DNA of 64,000 nt from Octopus sinensis. Its lineage: Eukaryota. Position numbers and translations under genes: made by a program. Under the pieces are notes generated by a model, which saw nothing but the letters and a program-made list of their open reading frames with translations, did not search any database and was not told the origin of the DNA. Shown here one piece after another: positions 49,718 through 61,834 of the stretch; positions within the stretch are counted from its first letter, which is position 1, and each line of letters starts with the position of its first letter. Location of the stretch: NCBI RefSeq assembly GCF_006345805.1, contig NC_043020.1:16306001-16370000 (forward strand). The letters run 5' to 3'.

Positions 49718-50005
49718 GTGAGGTTACTGATACAGAAAAGAATACTTAGATGTTACATTTGTTGGAGTAAAACACACCTTAAAGCTGACTGCCCAGAAAA
49801 GCTGAGAAGATTCGGGGAAAGCACAAGGAAAATGAAAATAATGAGGATCAACTGTAACAGCAAAAAGCACAAACACCAGTTTTCCAGATTATCATCAACC
49901 AAAACTCTGAGGATGGCAAAGGGAATATCTTTAGACCCAGTATCAGAAGTAGATGAGCAAATAACTTGGCTCTTAACAGTACCAACTTGTAGGATTATGA
50001 TATGA
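49718..50005 (+). pseudogene. Possible gag-like remnant with CCHC zinc knuckle
   Basis: CYICWSKTHLKADC (CX2CX4HX4C) at 49751-49792; no other LTR-element domain seen. Confidence 0.4.
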
Positions 50006-50251
50006 CAGAAATAATAATTAGGGAAAAAATTCCCAAACAGTTGGGGAAAATAAAAAAGGGAGTAAGAATTCAAAAATCTAAGGAAAATAACACGAAATAT
50101 ATACCAAAAAAAATATGCGAAGAGGAACAAAATATAGCCCATTGTCTTCTGCTGAACCAGGGTCATCCCTTTACCCTAAGGTCACAGCAGGTCCTCATCT
50201 CATGGAGAGTACTCGGCGTAAAATGTGTGCAGAACCAAGCAACACTATTAA

Positions 50252-50318
<67 letters not shown>

Positions 50319-50871
50319 GAGTGAGAGAGCAGTGCATGCCATCAAAGTGACACTGGGATAAAATATACGAAGCCCAGTATACCCATCATGACTACCCATC
50401 TGAAAAGGGTACACTAGGCACATGCATCACAACCATATGTGCGCGACATGGTGATCTCATATCAAGATATATAGCACATCTCCTTGCAGGTGGGGCCCAG
50501 TTAGAATTTTCTTCTGGTTGAGTAACCCATCCCGCTCAAAAGGTCCCTGAATAGGGATTGTTTAAGGATGTTGAACGAACCATCTGTGTTTCCAAAGTTG
50601 AATTATCCAAACCTCTAAGAATCCCTCTCAGCACACGGCTATGATGCTCCCCCACTACTTCTGCTCATGATCAGAGATGCACATATCGTCAGCCGCTAAG
50701 GGACATGCTCAGGTGGTTAAGGTCAAACAACTGACAAGCAAATCTGTGGTATTGAGCAGAATATTTGATGTAGCCCATCTTTTATACCAAGACAAACAAT
50801 GTACATTATAACACTTCCAATCAGTTAAGATCAGAAGCCATGAGAGCCACTGCCTGGTACTGCATCAGGGC

Positions 50872-50875
<4 letters not shown>
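50319..50875 (-). mobile_element. Family E ~555-bp element in (ATT)n
   Basis: Homolog of 47217-47773. Confidence 0.85.
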
Positions 50876-50915
<40 letters not shown>

Positions 50916-50980
50916 GTAGTAGTAGTAGTAGTAGTAGTAGTTGTTGTTGTTGCTGTTGTTGTTGTTGTTGTAGTAGTAGT

Positions 50981-51024
<44 letters not shown>

Positions 51025-51055
51025 TGTTGTTGTTGTTGCTGTTGTTGTTGTTGTT

Positions 51056-51093
<38 letters not shown>

Positions 51094-51133
51094 TGTTGTT
51101 GTTGTTGCTGTTGTTGTTGTTGTTGTTGTTGTT

Positions 51134-51183
<50 letters not shown>

Positions 51184-51303
51184 TAGCAACAGTAAGTTTG
51201 ATTTTAAATAATACAATCTCAGAGATTTTGTTCATTCCTTTTCTATGTTTTTACTTGGTGACACTAACTTTTTCTTCTTTCTTTTTCTTTCATTATTTGT
51301 TGC

Positions 51304-51337
<34 letters not shown>

Positions 51338-51428
51338 AATTTATTTATTCATTTATTACTAAGTGGGTGAGGTAAGGAAATTTTCTGTTGAATTCTTTCT
51401 CTCATTTCAACTTCCTGACAATAACACA

Positions 51429-51504
<76 letters not shown>

Positions 51505-51511
51505 TAATAAT

Positions 51512-51544
<33 letters not shown>

Positions 51545-51631
51545 AACAATAATAATGATGATAATAATAATAGTGATGATGACTGTGACAAGACAACAGC
51601 AACAATAGAAATATTAATAATATAACCGTTG

Positions 51632-51677
<46 letters not shown>

Positions 51678-51900
51678 AGTGGTGGTGGTGGTGGCGGTGG
51701 TTGTGGTGGTGGTGGTTGTGGTGGTGGTGGTTGTGGTGGTGCTTGTGGTGGTGGTGGTGATGGTGGTGGTGATAATGATGGTGATGACAGCAATAATAAT
51801 AGAAATATCAATGCTGATAATACTAAAAATAATAATAATAACATCAGCGACAATAACAACAACAAAAATAATAGCAATAATTATAATAATAATTCAAACA
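50876..51900. repeat. Compound trinucleotide microsatellites (ATT/AGT/GTT/AAT/GAT/GGT)
   Basis: Direct inspection. Confidence 0.95.
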
Positions 51901-52375
51901 TAAATTGGTAAAAAGAAAAAGTAAAGTTTAAAAAGAAATACACCAAAAAATAAATAGCAGATTGATGATGATGATAGCGAGATGATTAGAGTAAGTGGGT
52001 GGTTAGATTGATGGTGAAGTTAAAAAAGAAACCATTGTATACAGAGTATTTATTGTGTGTATGTGTGTGTGATGTATGTGGGATTACGTGCATATATGAT
52101 AGGCAAAGATATTGGGGGACTGAAACTTGAGGGGAAATGAAAATTTTGTTCCAGTTTTATCAATATTTCTCAATATTCTTCGTATTCTTTGACAATCAGG
52201 AAAAGATTTTTCAACAAAAGTGATTTGAGGAAAAGTTGATAAAAGAATTGAATAAATATATAGAAATTGAGGTGCAATTACTGAAGGTGTGTGCATGCTG
52301 TAGTACATTATGAAGGTGTGTTTATGTCTGCTTATGTATGTGTTATACTACATTACAAATGTGTGTGTATGTCTC

Positions 52376-52412
<37 letters not shown>

Positions 52413-54133
52413 TATAATACATTATAGAAGGTATGTATGTAATACATTATTAATGTGTGTGTGTGTGTGTGTGTGCGTGTGTGTGTGTGTGTGTGTGTTG
52501 TGTGTGTGTGTGTGTGTGTGTGCGTGTGTGTGTGTGTGTGCGTGTGTGTGTGTGTGTGTGCGTTGTGTGTGTGTGTGTGGTATAATGCATTATAGAAGGC
52601 ATGTGTATGTGAATAGTACATTATGAATCTGTGTGTGTATGTGTGGTATATATTATAGAATGGATGTGTGTATGCAGAACATTATGAATGTGTGTGTATG
52701 CAGAACATTATGAATGTGTGTGTATATCTCTGTGCGTGTATGCATGTGTGTGTACATAGTACAATGTATTATAGCAGAAATGTGTTTTGGGGGATAGTAC
52801 ATTATGAATAAGTATGTGTGTGTATGGTTTAGAGTATGTTATGAATGTGTGTGTGTGCGTTCAGTACTTTTTAGGGGTGTGTGTGGGGAATAGTACATTA
52901 TGAAGGTGTGTCTGTGTCATAGTACATTATGAAGGAGTGTGTGTTATAGTACATTACAGAAAGTATGTGAGTGTATAGTCTTGTATACTATGAATAGTTA
53001 GTATGTGAGAGCGTACATTATGAAGGTGTGTGTGTGTGTGTATGTGGGTGGGTTTGGTACAATGCATCATAGAAAGTATGTGTGTGTGTGTGTTATAGTA
53101 CATTATGGAGATATGTGTATGTATGTGTACATACATTTAGTACATTGTAGAAGGTGTCTATATATGTAGGTTTTATACATTATAGAAGGTGTGTGTGGAA
53201 TGGAACATTATAAAGGTACGTGCGTGTTTTTATAGGTCATTATAGATGTGTAATATAAGACATTACAGATAGTGTGTGTGTCTGTGTGTTATAGTTTATA
53301 GTACATTATAGAAAGTGTGGTGGGGCTTATAAAACATCATAGAAGTGCATATGAATGAGTATATAAGTTGTATACATTATAGTACATTAAGAAAATGTGT
53401 ATTTGGTATAGTACATTATGGAAAGTATGTGAAAAAGTACATTATAGATAACGTTTATATTATAGTACATTAAAGAGTGTGTATATGCGATAGTACATTA
53501 TAGGTGTATGTACTACATTGCATTATAGGGGTGTATATACTACAGCATATTATAAAGGGTATATATGTTATAGTACATTATAGAAAGTGTATATGCTATA
53601 ATACATTATAGAGGATGTATATATCTTACAGTACATTATAATGGATGTATATGATATAATACATTTTAGATAGTGTATATGCTACATTACATTATAGAGG
53701 GTGTATATATTATGGTACATTATAGAAGGTGTAAAGGATGTGTATGCTATAATACATAAGAGAAGATATATATATATATATATATATATATGCTTCATTA
53801 TATTACAGATGATGTATATATATTATAGAGGGTGTATCTGCTACAGTACATTGCAGAGGGTGTATATGCTGTATTACATTATACAGTGTGTATATACTAC
53901 ACCACATTATAGAGTGTGCATATTCCGTTGTGCATAATTGAGGGTATATATACTATAATACATTGCAGACAGTGTATATACTACATTACATTACAGATGG
54001 TATATATTCTAAAGTACATTATAGATGGTGTATAAACTATGGTATATTATAGAGGGTGTATATGCAACAACATTACATTATAGAGGTTGCATATATACTA
54101 TATTACATTATAGAGCATGTGTGTGATATAGTA

Positions 54134-54643
54134 ATAATGTTCGTCCTTCGGTTCGAAGATGACCAACTGACATCATCTGATGGAACTGGCGCCATGAGAC
54201 CGGAGGTGGCTGGTGAGGCCAATCCGGGCAAGGAAGCCCCTCCCACAGGTGGGGCAGAAGTGGGTAGGGGCTGTGCTACTGGTGCAGGCGGCTCTGGCTT
54301 TATGCATCTGACGTTTCTGCTCCGCTGACCGAATCCGTTCCTCCTCGGCTGTCCCTGCTCCCACGGTGATTGCGCTGCGCCAGGATGAGCGGTTGGCAGC
54401 AAGTGTCTCCCAGGTCTCTGTTCCAATGGAGAAGTCTTTGAGAGAGACCTTGAGACTATCCTTGTAGCGCTTCTTCTGCCCTCCGACTTTGCGCCTGCCC
54501 TGGCCGAGTTCACCGTAGAAGAGCTGTTTTGGGATGCGAGTGTCGGACATGCGGGAGACGTGGCCTGCCCATCTCAGCTGGGCCTTGCGCATGATTGTGA
54601 TAGTGCTAGGGAGATCTGCCTGCTTCAGAACTTCCGTGTCTGG
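54134..54643 (-). mobile_element. 5'-truncated RTE (BovB-like) LINE, uninterrupted ORF2 C-terminus with C2H2 finger
   Basis: LRWAGHVSRMSDTRIPKQLFYGEL..GRRKVGGQKKRYKDSLK..CPTCGRGFLARIGLTSHLRSH; 9-bp TSD GATATAGTA (54125-54133, 54644-54652). Confidence 0.93.
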
Positions 54644-54779
54644 GATATAGTATACTTTACATGGTATGAGGTATAGTGAAACATTGTAGATGATGCATTG
54701 TGAAGTAAGACATACAGGTGGTGTATAGTGTATTACAAGGCAATTGGGAACACGTATGGTATGAAACAGACCTTAAGAT

Positions 54780-55350
54780 GTCATCATCATCATCATCATC
54801 ATCATCGTCGTTCAACGTCCGCTTTCCATGCTAGCATGGGTTGGACGATTTGACTGAGGTCAGGCGAACCAGATGGCTGCACCGGGCTCCAATCTGATAT
54901 AGCAAGGTTTCTACAGCTTGATGCCCTTCCTAATGCCAACCACTCCGAGAGTGTAGTGGGTGCTTTTACATGCCACCAGCATGAGGGCCAGTCAGGCGGC
55001 GAGCTAGCAGAATCGTTAGCACGTCGGGCGAAATGCTTAGCGGTATTTCGTCTGCCGTTACGTTGTGAGTTCAAATTCCGCCGAGGTCGACTTTGCCTTT
55101 CATCCTTTCGGGGTCGATAAATTAAGTACCAGTTAAGCACTGGGGTCGATATAATCGACTTAATACCTATGTCTGTCCATGTTTGTCCCCTCTATGTTCA
55201 GCCCCTTGTGGGTAATAAAGAAATAGGTACTGGCAACGGCCACGCTCAAATGGTGCTTTTTATGTGCCACCTGCACAGGAGCCAGTCCAGTGGCACTGGC
55301 AACGACCTCACTTGAATGTTTTTTCACGTGCCACCAGCACAAGTGCTAGT
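54780..55350 (-). mobile_element. Family B copy interrupted by plus-strand SINE D (54995-55227)
   Basis: Family B sequence resumes GGTACTGGCAACGGCC after the D 3' end. Confidence 0.85.
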
Positions 55351-55650
55351 AAGGTGATGCAGGTAATTCATAGTAACATGTGCCTGCTTTCATACAACAC
55401 TATAGATAGTATATTGTACACTACAACTTTATAGTGTAATTTTACATTTATACATTACACCTCTAACCTTTGTTGTGGTATAGTAAAATATTATAGTACA
55501 AAGTACTTGAATAAATAGTCCTTGTACCTGGAGTGTTATTGTACAGCACAATAAAATGTATGTCCTTTCTGCTATGGGCAGAAATTTGGGGGAGGGGGGA
55601 AAAATCGATTACATTGACTCCAGCGTTCGACTGCTATTTATTTTATCTCA

Positions 55651-55908
55651 TTACTCTTTACTCTTTTACTTGTTTCAGTCATTTGATTGTGGCCATGCTG
55701 GAGCACCGCCTTTAGTCGATTGAGCAAATCAACCCCCAGGACTTATTCTTTGTAAGTCTAGTACTTATTCTATTGGTCTCTTTTGCCGAACCGCTAAGTT
55801 ACGGGGATGTAACCACACCAGCATCGGTTGTCAAGCAATGTTGGGGGGACAAACACAGATACACAAACACATACACACACATATACATATATATATATAA
55901 TATATATA

Positions 55909-55964
<56 letters not shown>

Positions 55965-56148
55965 TATATATATATACACATATATATGACAGGCTTCTTT
56001 CAGTTTCCGTCTACCAAATCCACTCACAAGGCTTTGGTCGGCCCGAGGCTATAGTAGAAGATACTTGCCCAAGGTGCCATGCAGTGGGACTGAACCCGGA
56101 ACCATGTGGTTAGTATGCCAGCAAGCTACTTACCACACAGCCACTCCT
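55651..56148 (-). mobile_element. SINE A, full length with expanded internal TA repeat
   Basis: Head and tail as in other family A copies. Confidence 0.88.
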
Positions 56149-56407
56149 AGAAGGATGAAAAGGCAAAGTCGACCTCAGTAGAATTTGAACTCAAACCGTA
56201 ATGACGGATAAAATACTGCTAAGCATTTTGCCCATGTGCTAACACCTCTGCCCATGACACTTTTCTATGTTTACATGTGGCAGATTTTCTATACAGCCAG
56301 ATGCCTTTCCTGTTCTCAACCCTCACCTATATCCAAGTATTGTCCATGGGTAGATGTGTTTTCATGGAATACTGGAAAGAAATGCCATTGCTTGCATGTT
56401 GGTGATG

Positions 56408-57575
56408 TTCATTTCATTTCATTTCATTTCATTTGGGTTTGAGTCCATGCTCAGGCCAAGTCGAAGACTCCACCCTCAGAGTCTGGTGTGGTTGCCAGGT
56501 TGTATTCTCTGCTTAATTTTGACATGTGTAGGAGCGAGTTTGAGTCAGTTTGTGCTCGTTGTGTATATCCTGGGAGATGGGGTTCATCTCTAATGGTGCT
56601 TAGGTATCTATCCAGTTGCAATTTGAATGATTCCACACTGCATCCTGATAGATTTCTGACATGTACCGGAATGGAGTTGAACAGTTGTGCTCCTCGAACC
56701 AACAGACTTGATTCTCGCAGGGTTTTTGCTGCCTGGCCAGCCTTTTTGTTGATTGGTGGCAGCTGGCAGCGTCTTCCGTGGCGCAGTGAGTGGTAGGTTT
56801 TGATACCAAAGTTTGGCACCTTCTGCTCTATCATTTTCCAAATGTATATAATTCGGTATCGCTCAAATCTTCTTTCTATTGAGTACATCCTCAAGGTTTT
56901 GAGTCTTTGCCAGTAGTCCAGGTCCCTCGTTTCTGAGAAGTATGAGGTAAAATTTCTTTGGAGCGATTCTATCTTAGATAGTTGGCCCTTTGTTGTTGGT
57001 GACCATAACTGAGAACAGTAGTCAATCCTCGGAAGTATCATACTGTTCCAGAGGGTTTTCATTGTTGAGGTATCTCTTGATTTGAAGGTGCGCAAGATCC
57101 ACCCGCTGTACTTTCTTGCAGTAAGACAGACTGAGTCAAGGTGTTCTCTGAATTTTAGGTTGGTTCCCATGTGGATGCCTAAATCTTTCACATACTGTTT
57201 TTCCATTATTTGTTGTCCTGATGGGTTTCTGTAGTTTGTTGTATTTTTCAGATCTTGATCTGTTCCGTAGCGAATTAGTTCAAACTTCTTATCATTGAAC
57301 AACATGTTGTTTGTTTCCTGCCATTTATATATGGTGGTCAGGTCCTTTTGTAAGGCCTCTGTATCCACCTCGTCTTTGATTTGTCTCATGACCCTGGTGT
57401 CATCAGCAAAGGATGAGACGTTGCTGGTTGTATCTTCATCTGTGTCAGAGATGAGGATGAGAAACAGGATTGGGCCGAGTACTGTACCCTGAGGAACACT
57501 GCTGGTCACAGGTGATGGTGTTGAATGGGTTCCATTCACAATGACTGTTTGAGTTCTATTTGTAAGGAACTCCTG
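56408..57575 (-). mobile_element. 5'-truncated CR1/L2-group LINE with open RT C-half and (AAATG)n tail
   Basis: FLTNRTQTVIVNG..VPQGTVLGPILF..FADD..KDLGI..LPRIDYCSQLWSP..YWQRLK..FNSIP; about 375 codons with no stop, ending at 56451. Confidence 0.95.
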
Positions 57576-58350
57576 TTCGTTTACAACTATGATATGAAGT
57601 CAAAGCAAAGAGACAGTCACTCACACACATACATGCATGTGCACATACACACATACATACATATAAACATACATGAATAAATATATATTTATATACACAC
57701 ACAGTGTGTGTGTATTATAGAAGGGATGTTGTGTATGCTGTACATTATGTGTGTATATGCATGTGTGTGTATATATGCATGCGTATATGTTTATGTGTGT
57801 GTGAGTGCATGTATATGTGTGTATGTATGTGTGTGTACTTGGTATAGTGTATTACAGAAGATATGTGTGGGGGATAGTACATTATGAATGTGTGTTTGCG
57901 TGTGTGTGCATATGCATGGTGGTGGAGTGTAATACATTAAAGAAAATGTGTGTGTGTGTGTGTATGAGTGTGTGTGTGAGTGTGTGTGTGTGTGTGAGTG
58001 TGTGTGTGAGTGTGTGTGTGTGTGTTATAGTACATTACAGAAAGTGTGTGAGCATATAGTCTTGTACATTATGAAGATATGTGTATGTATGTATGTGTAT
58101 ATGCATTTAGTACATTATAGAAGGTGTCTGTATATGTGGTTTTATACATTATAGAAGGTGTGTGCGGAATAGAAGATTATAAAGGTACGTGCGTGTTTTT
58201 ATAGGCCATTATATATGTGTAATATAATACATTACAGAGTTTGTGTTTGTGTGAACGTCTGTATGCTATAGTTTATAGTATATTATAGAAAGTGTGGTGG
58301 GGTCATAAAAAGCATTATAGAAGTACATATGAATGATTATATAAGGTATA

Positions 58351-58390
<40 letters not shown>

Positions 58391-58399
58391 CACACACAT

Positions 58400-58810
58400 A
58401 TCATCATCATCATCATCGTTCAACGTCCGTTTTCCATGCTAGCATGGGTTGGACGGTTCGACCAGGGTCTGGGAAGCCAGGAGGCTGCACAGGCACCAGT
58501 CTGATCTGGCAATGTTTCTACGGCTTGATGCCCTTCCTAACGCCAACCACTCTGAGAGTGTAGTGGGTACTTTTTACGTGCCACTGGCACGAAGGCCAGT
58601 CAAGAAGGCGCTGGCAACGGCCACGTTCGGAAGGATCTTTTTACATGCCACTGGCACTGGTATCACAACTACAATTTCCATTGATTTTTTGATCGATTTT
58701 GATTTCACTTGCCTCAACAGGTCTTCGCAAGCAGAGTTTTATGTCCCAAGGAGGAAAGTTACGCATAAGTGGACTGGCTACATCTCAGGTAAAGGTCACG
58801 GGTTATGGTC
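58400..58810 (-). mobile_element. Extended family B copy
   Basis: (CAT)n plus family B core and additional upstream sequence. Confidence 0.8.
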
Positions 58811-59039
58811 TCACTTGTCCTACTGGGTCTTCTATATATATATATATATTTGTGTATTTGGTACATTGTGGAATGTATGTTAAATAGTACATTATAGATT
58901 ATGTTTATATTATAGTACATTAAAAAGGGTGTGTATGCTATAGTACATTATAGAAGGTGTATGTGCTACATTGCATTATAGGGGGTATATATACTATAGC
59001 ATATTATAAAGGGTGTATATGTTATAGTTATATGTTATA

Positions 59040-59070
<31 letters not shown>

Positions 59071-59256
59071 CTAAGCAATAAAGGGTTTAGCAACGAATTG
59101 CCTTACCACATACCGAATTTAGAAATAGCAGTCAAAGAGTTATAGCTATTTCTTCTACTAAAAAGGGAGATCTCAGTAAAAACAGCAATTGGAAGGCAGA
59201 CACAAACAGGTAAGAGAGAATGAATTGACGGCAATCTATCATACAATTTTAAGTTA

Positions 59257-59369
59257 TCTACGGACGTACGTTCGAAATCAAGTTTTTAGGAAAGCATAAG
59301 AATTAAATATTAAATATTAAATATTAAATAATTCTATCTCACCAAAACTTCTTTTCTCTTCAGCGCAGA
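59257..59369 (-). ncRNA. Hammerhead motif lacking one core A (GAAC), left arm
   Basis: Reverse complement reads TTTC-GAAC-GTAC-GTC. Confidence 0.6.
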
Positions 59370-59448
59370 ATACTATAATCATAAATGATTATATATTGAA
59401 TTTTGAGATATATAAAATTCAATATATAATCATTTATGATTATAGTAT

Positions 59449-59562
59449 TCTGCGCTGAAGAGAAAAGAAGTTTTGGTGAGATAGAATTATTTAATATTTA
59501 ATATTTAATATTTAATTCTTATGCTTTCCTAAAAACTTGATTTCGAAACGTACGTCCGTAGA
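59449..59562 (+). ncRNA. Intact type I hammerhead ribozyme, right arm
   Basis: TCTGCG-CTGAAGA-GAAA...TTTC-GAAA-C-GTAC-GT-C-CGTAGA; helix II extended by AAGTTTT/AAAACTT; palindromic helix III ACGTACGT; GUC site. Confidence 0.85.
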
Positions 59563-59991
59563 TAACTTAAAATTGTATGATAGATTGCCGTCAATTCATT
59601 CTCTCTTACCTGTTTGTGTCTGCCTTCCAATTGCTGTTTTTACTGAGATGCCCTTTTTAGTAGAAGAAATAGCTATAACTCTTTGACTGCTATTTCTAAA
59701 TTCGGTATGTGGTAAGGCAATTCGTTGCTAAACCCTTTATTGCTTAGTATTACTTAAATTTTCCTCGAATGAGGCTTTTACATGCCGAAGACTACTTGGT
59801 GTAATTGATAATTATTCCAAATTAATTAATTTCACCCTTCATTATTACGGATATATATATATATATATATATTTCAATGGGTGAATGAATTATCCTATGT
59901 TTACCGTTAACATGGAAAATTCAATGAACCATTACCAGGGTAGCAAATTCGTAATTGCTATAATGTGTTGTTGTTGAGAAAGGCTCTCTTT

Positions 59992-60073
59992 CTTTCCTGA
60001 TGAGAAGATTGTATTTTACAATTTTTATTCCTTTGGAATAAAACCATGTTGTCGTCGAAATATATGTTGAAAG
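59992..60073 (+). ncRNA. Type I hammerhead motif, slightly decayed
   Basis: CTTTC-CTGATGA-GA...TC-GAAA-T-ATAT-GT-T-GAAAG; helix I 5 bp, helix II weak. Confidence 0.55.
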
Positions 60074-60199
60074 TAAAAGAATTTTATTAACATCTTCATT
60101 CAACTTCGTTTATTTATTTATTCATTTATATATATATATATATATCATTGTTTCTTATTGTTTCTGTTGTTTGTGATATGGAAATCAGCAATACTCATG

Positions 60200-60690
60200 A
60201 AGAATACCAAAATACGATTTTAGCAAAGCATACTTAGCGCATCCTCCTCTAGGGATCTGAATGTTGGAAGACAACCAAAAGTATTGAAAAGAAATGAGAG
60301 GAGTTCCAAAGTAAAATGTTTACAAAAAATTTGAAGGTCTACTGACTGAATATGATCTCAAATAGCCAACTACACACCAAGGCTTATGTAAAACCAATAA
60401 GAGAAACTATTGGAGCAAGGGGATGGAATTGGCTGGGTTGTGTTTGTCGCTATAAACTGAACTCAGCTGTCTGGATCACTTTGCAATGGGTTCCACAAAA
60501 TAAAAGAAGATGTAGCCGACCAAAGGAAATATGGCAGAGAACAATAACAAAAGATCTTAAAAGCAGAGGGTTAACAATGGAACAAGCTGTCAAGGACACT
60601 GTCAGTGTTAGAAGGTGGAATGATCTTGCTGTCACCTCAAGTTCTACAAGGCACAATGAAAACCAAATGAATGAATGAATGAATGAATAT
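60200..60690 (+). pseudogene. Degenerate RTE LINE 3' end with (AATG)n tail
   Basis: GSECWKTTKSIEKK, MISN..PIRETIGARGWNWLG..WVPQNKRRCSRPKEIWQRTITKDLKSRGLT. Confidence 0.75.
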
Positions 60691-60729
60691 ATATATGTGT
60701 GTGTATGTGTGTATGTATACGTATATGTA

Positions 60730-60960
60730 TATATATATATAAAACTGAGAATGTGTGTGTGTGTGTTTGCGTGTGTGTGTGTGTATGTGTGTGTATGTGT
60801 GTTTGTCTGTATGTGTGAATCTCTAAAACTCAAGAACTACCCAACCAATTTCATTCAAATTTTACACATGCATTACTTAGGGTCCATGGAGCGTCTTGGG
60901 CCAAAAGAAATTTTAACTTCTTACCTAATGCGGGCCCAGAGCAATCTTTTAGATTGGTTC
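60730..60960 (+). mobile_element. Putative Helitron-type 5' terminal region
   Basis: TATATATAAAACTGAGAATGTGTG..CTAAAACTCAAGAACTACCCAACCAATTTCATTCAAATTTTACAC resembles 5' ends of non-autonomous Helitrons; recognition only. Confidence 0.4.
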
Positions 60961-61338
60961 AGTAGTACATGTCAAAAGTGAAAAAATTAGATCTATATTG
61001 TAATGTATTATATGTATGTGACTGTATGGGAGAGTGTATGTGTGTGTATCATCACATTTTGTGTATGAATGTATATGTGTCTGTGAGTGTATGTGTGTTT
61101 GCATGCCCATTTTGTACATTATTAAACACACACATACATCTACACATGCATATACATATGTGATGAGAACGGCTGGAGGTGAGACTCTTGACAAAAACCA
61201 ATTATGTGACAGGTCCAAGGTATATAAAAATACACATCTACCATTCAATTAACAATTCATAATTATCGCAGCAGTTGCAAGGTTGCAAGGTATTTACAAC
61301 TTGCTTATATTTGGTTAATTTACACCGCATACTAAAAT

Positions 61339-61726
61339 GGATGGAAGTACTCCATCGGTTACGACGACGAGGGTTCCGGTTGATCCGAATCAACGGAACA
61401 GCCTGCTCGTGAAATTAACGTGTAAGTGGCTGAGCACTCCACAGACACGTGTACCCTTAACGTAGTTCTCGGGGATATTCAGCATGACACAGAAAGTGAC
61501 AAGGCCGGCCCTTTGAAATACAGGTACAACAGAAACAGGAAGTAAGAGTGAGAGAAAGTTGTGGTGAAAGAGTACAGCAGGGATCACCACCATCCCCTGC
61601 CGGAGCCTCGTGGAGCTTTAGGTGTTTACGCTCAATAAACACTCACAACGCCAGGTCTGGGAATCGAAACCACGATCCTATGACCGCGAGTCCGCTGCCC
61701 TAACCACTGGGCCATTGCGCCTCCAC
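61339..61726 (-). mobile_element. SINE C, full length
   Basis: 10-bp TSD ATAC(T/A)AAAAT. Confidence 0.9.
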
Positions 61727-61834
61727 ATACAAAAATATAGACATACTACATACATACAACTGCTTACAAAAATAGAGGTTAATGTATATATTTTTCTATG
61801 TTCATAATTTTTGGTTTGAAATATTGACAAAAAT

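Larger units (their letters stand above)
52260..59035. repeat. Degenerate satellite-like array (TAGTACATTATAGAAGGTGTGT core, variable ~25-45-bp units) interrupted by retroelements
   Basis: Recurrent GTACATTAT motif over 52260-54130, 54650-54770, 57690-58350 and 58860-59035. Confidence 0.85.
59068..59750. repeat. Near-perfect fold-back palindrome, 337-bp arms, 9-nt spacer (GAGATATAT)
   Basis: 59068-59404 versus 59414-59750; only differences seen are GGGAGATCTC versus GGGCATCTC and one single-base indel. Confidence 0.97.

Noticed and set aside
50876-51185. Regularly alternating (GTA)n/(GTT)n blocks superficially like a repeat-spacer array
   Set aside because: Compound microsatellite with no unique spacers; not CRISPR.
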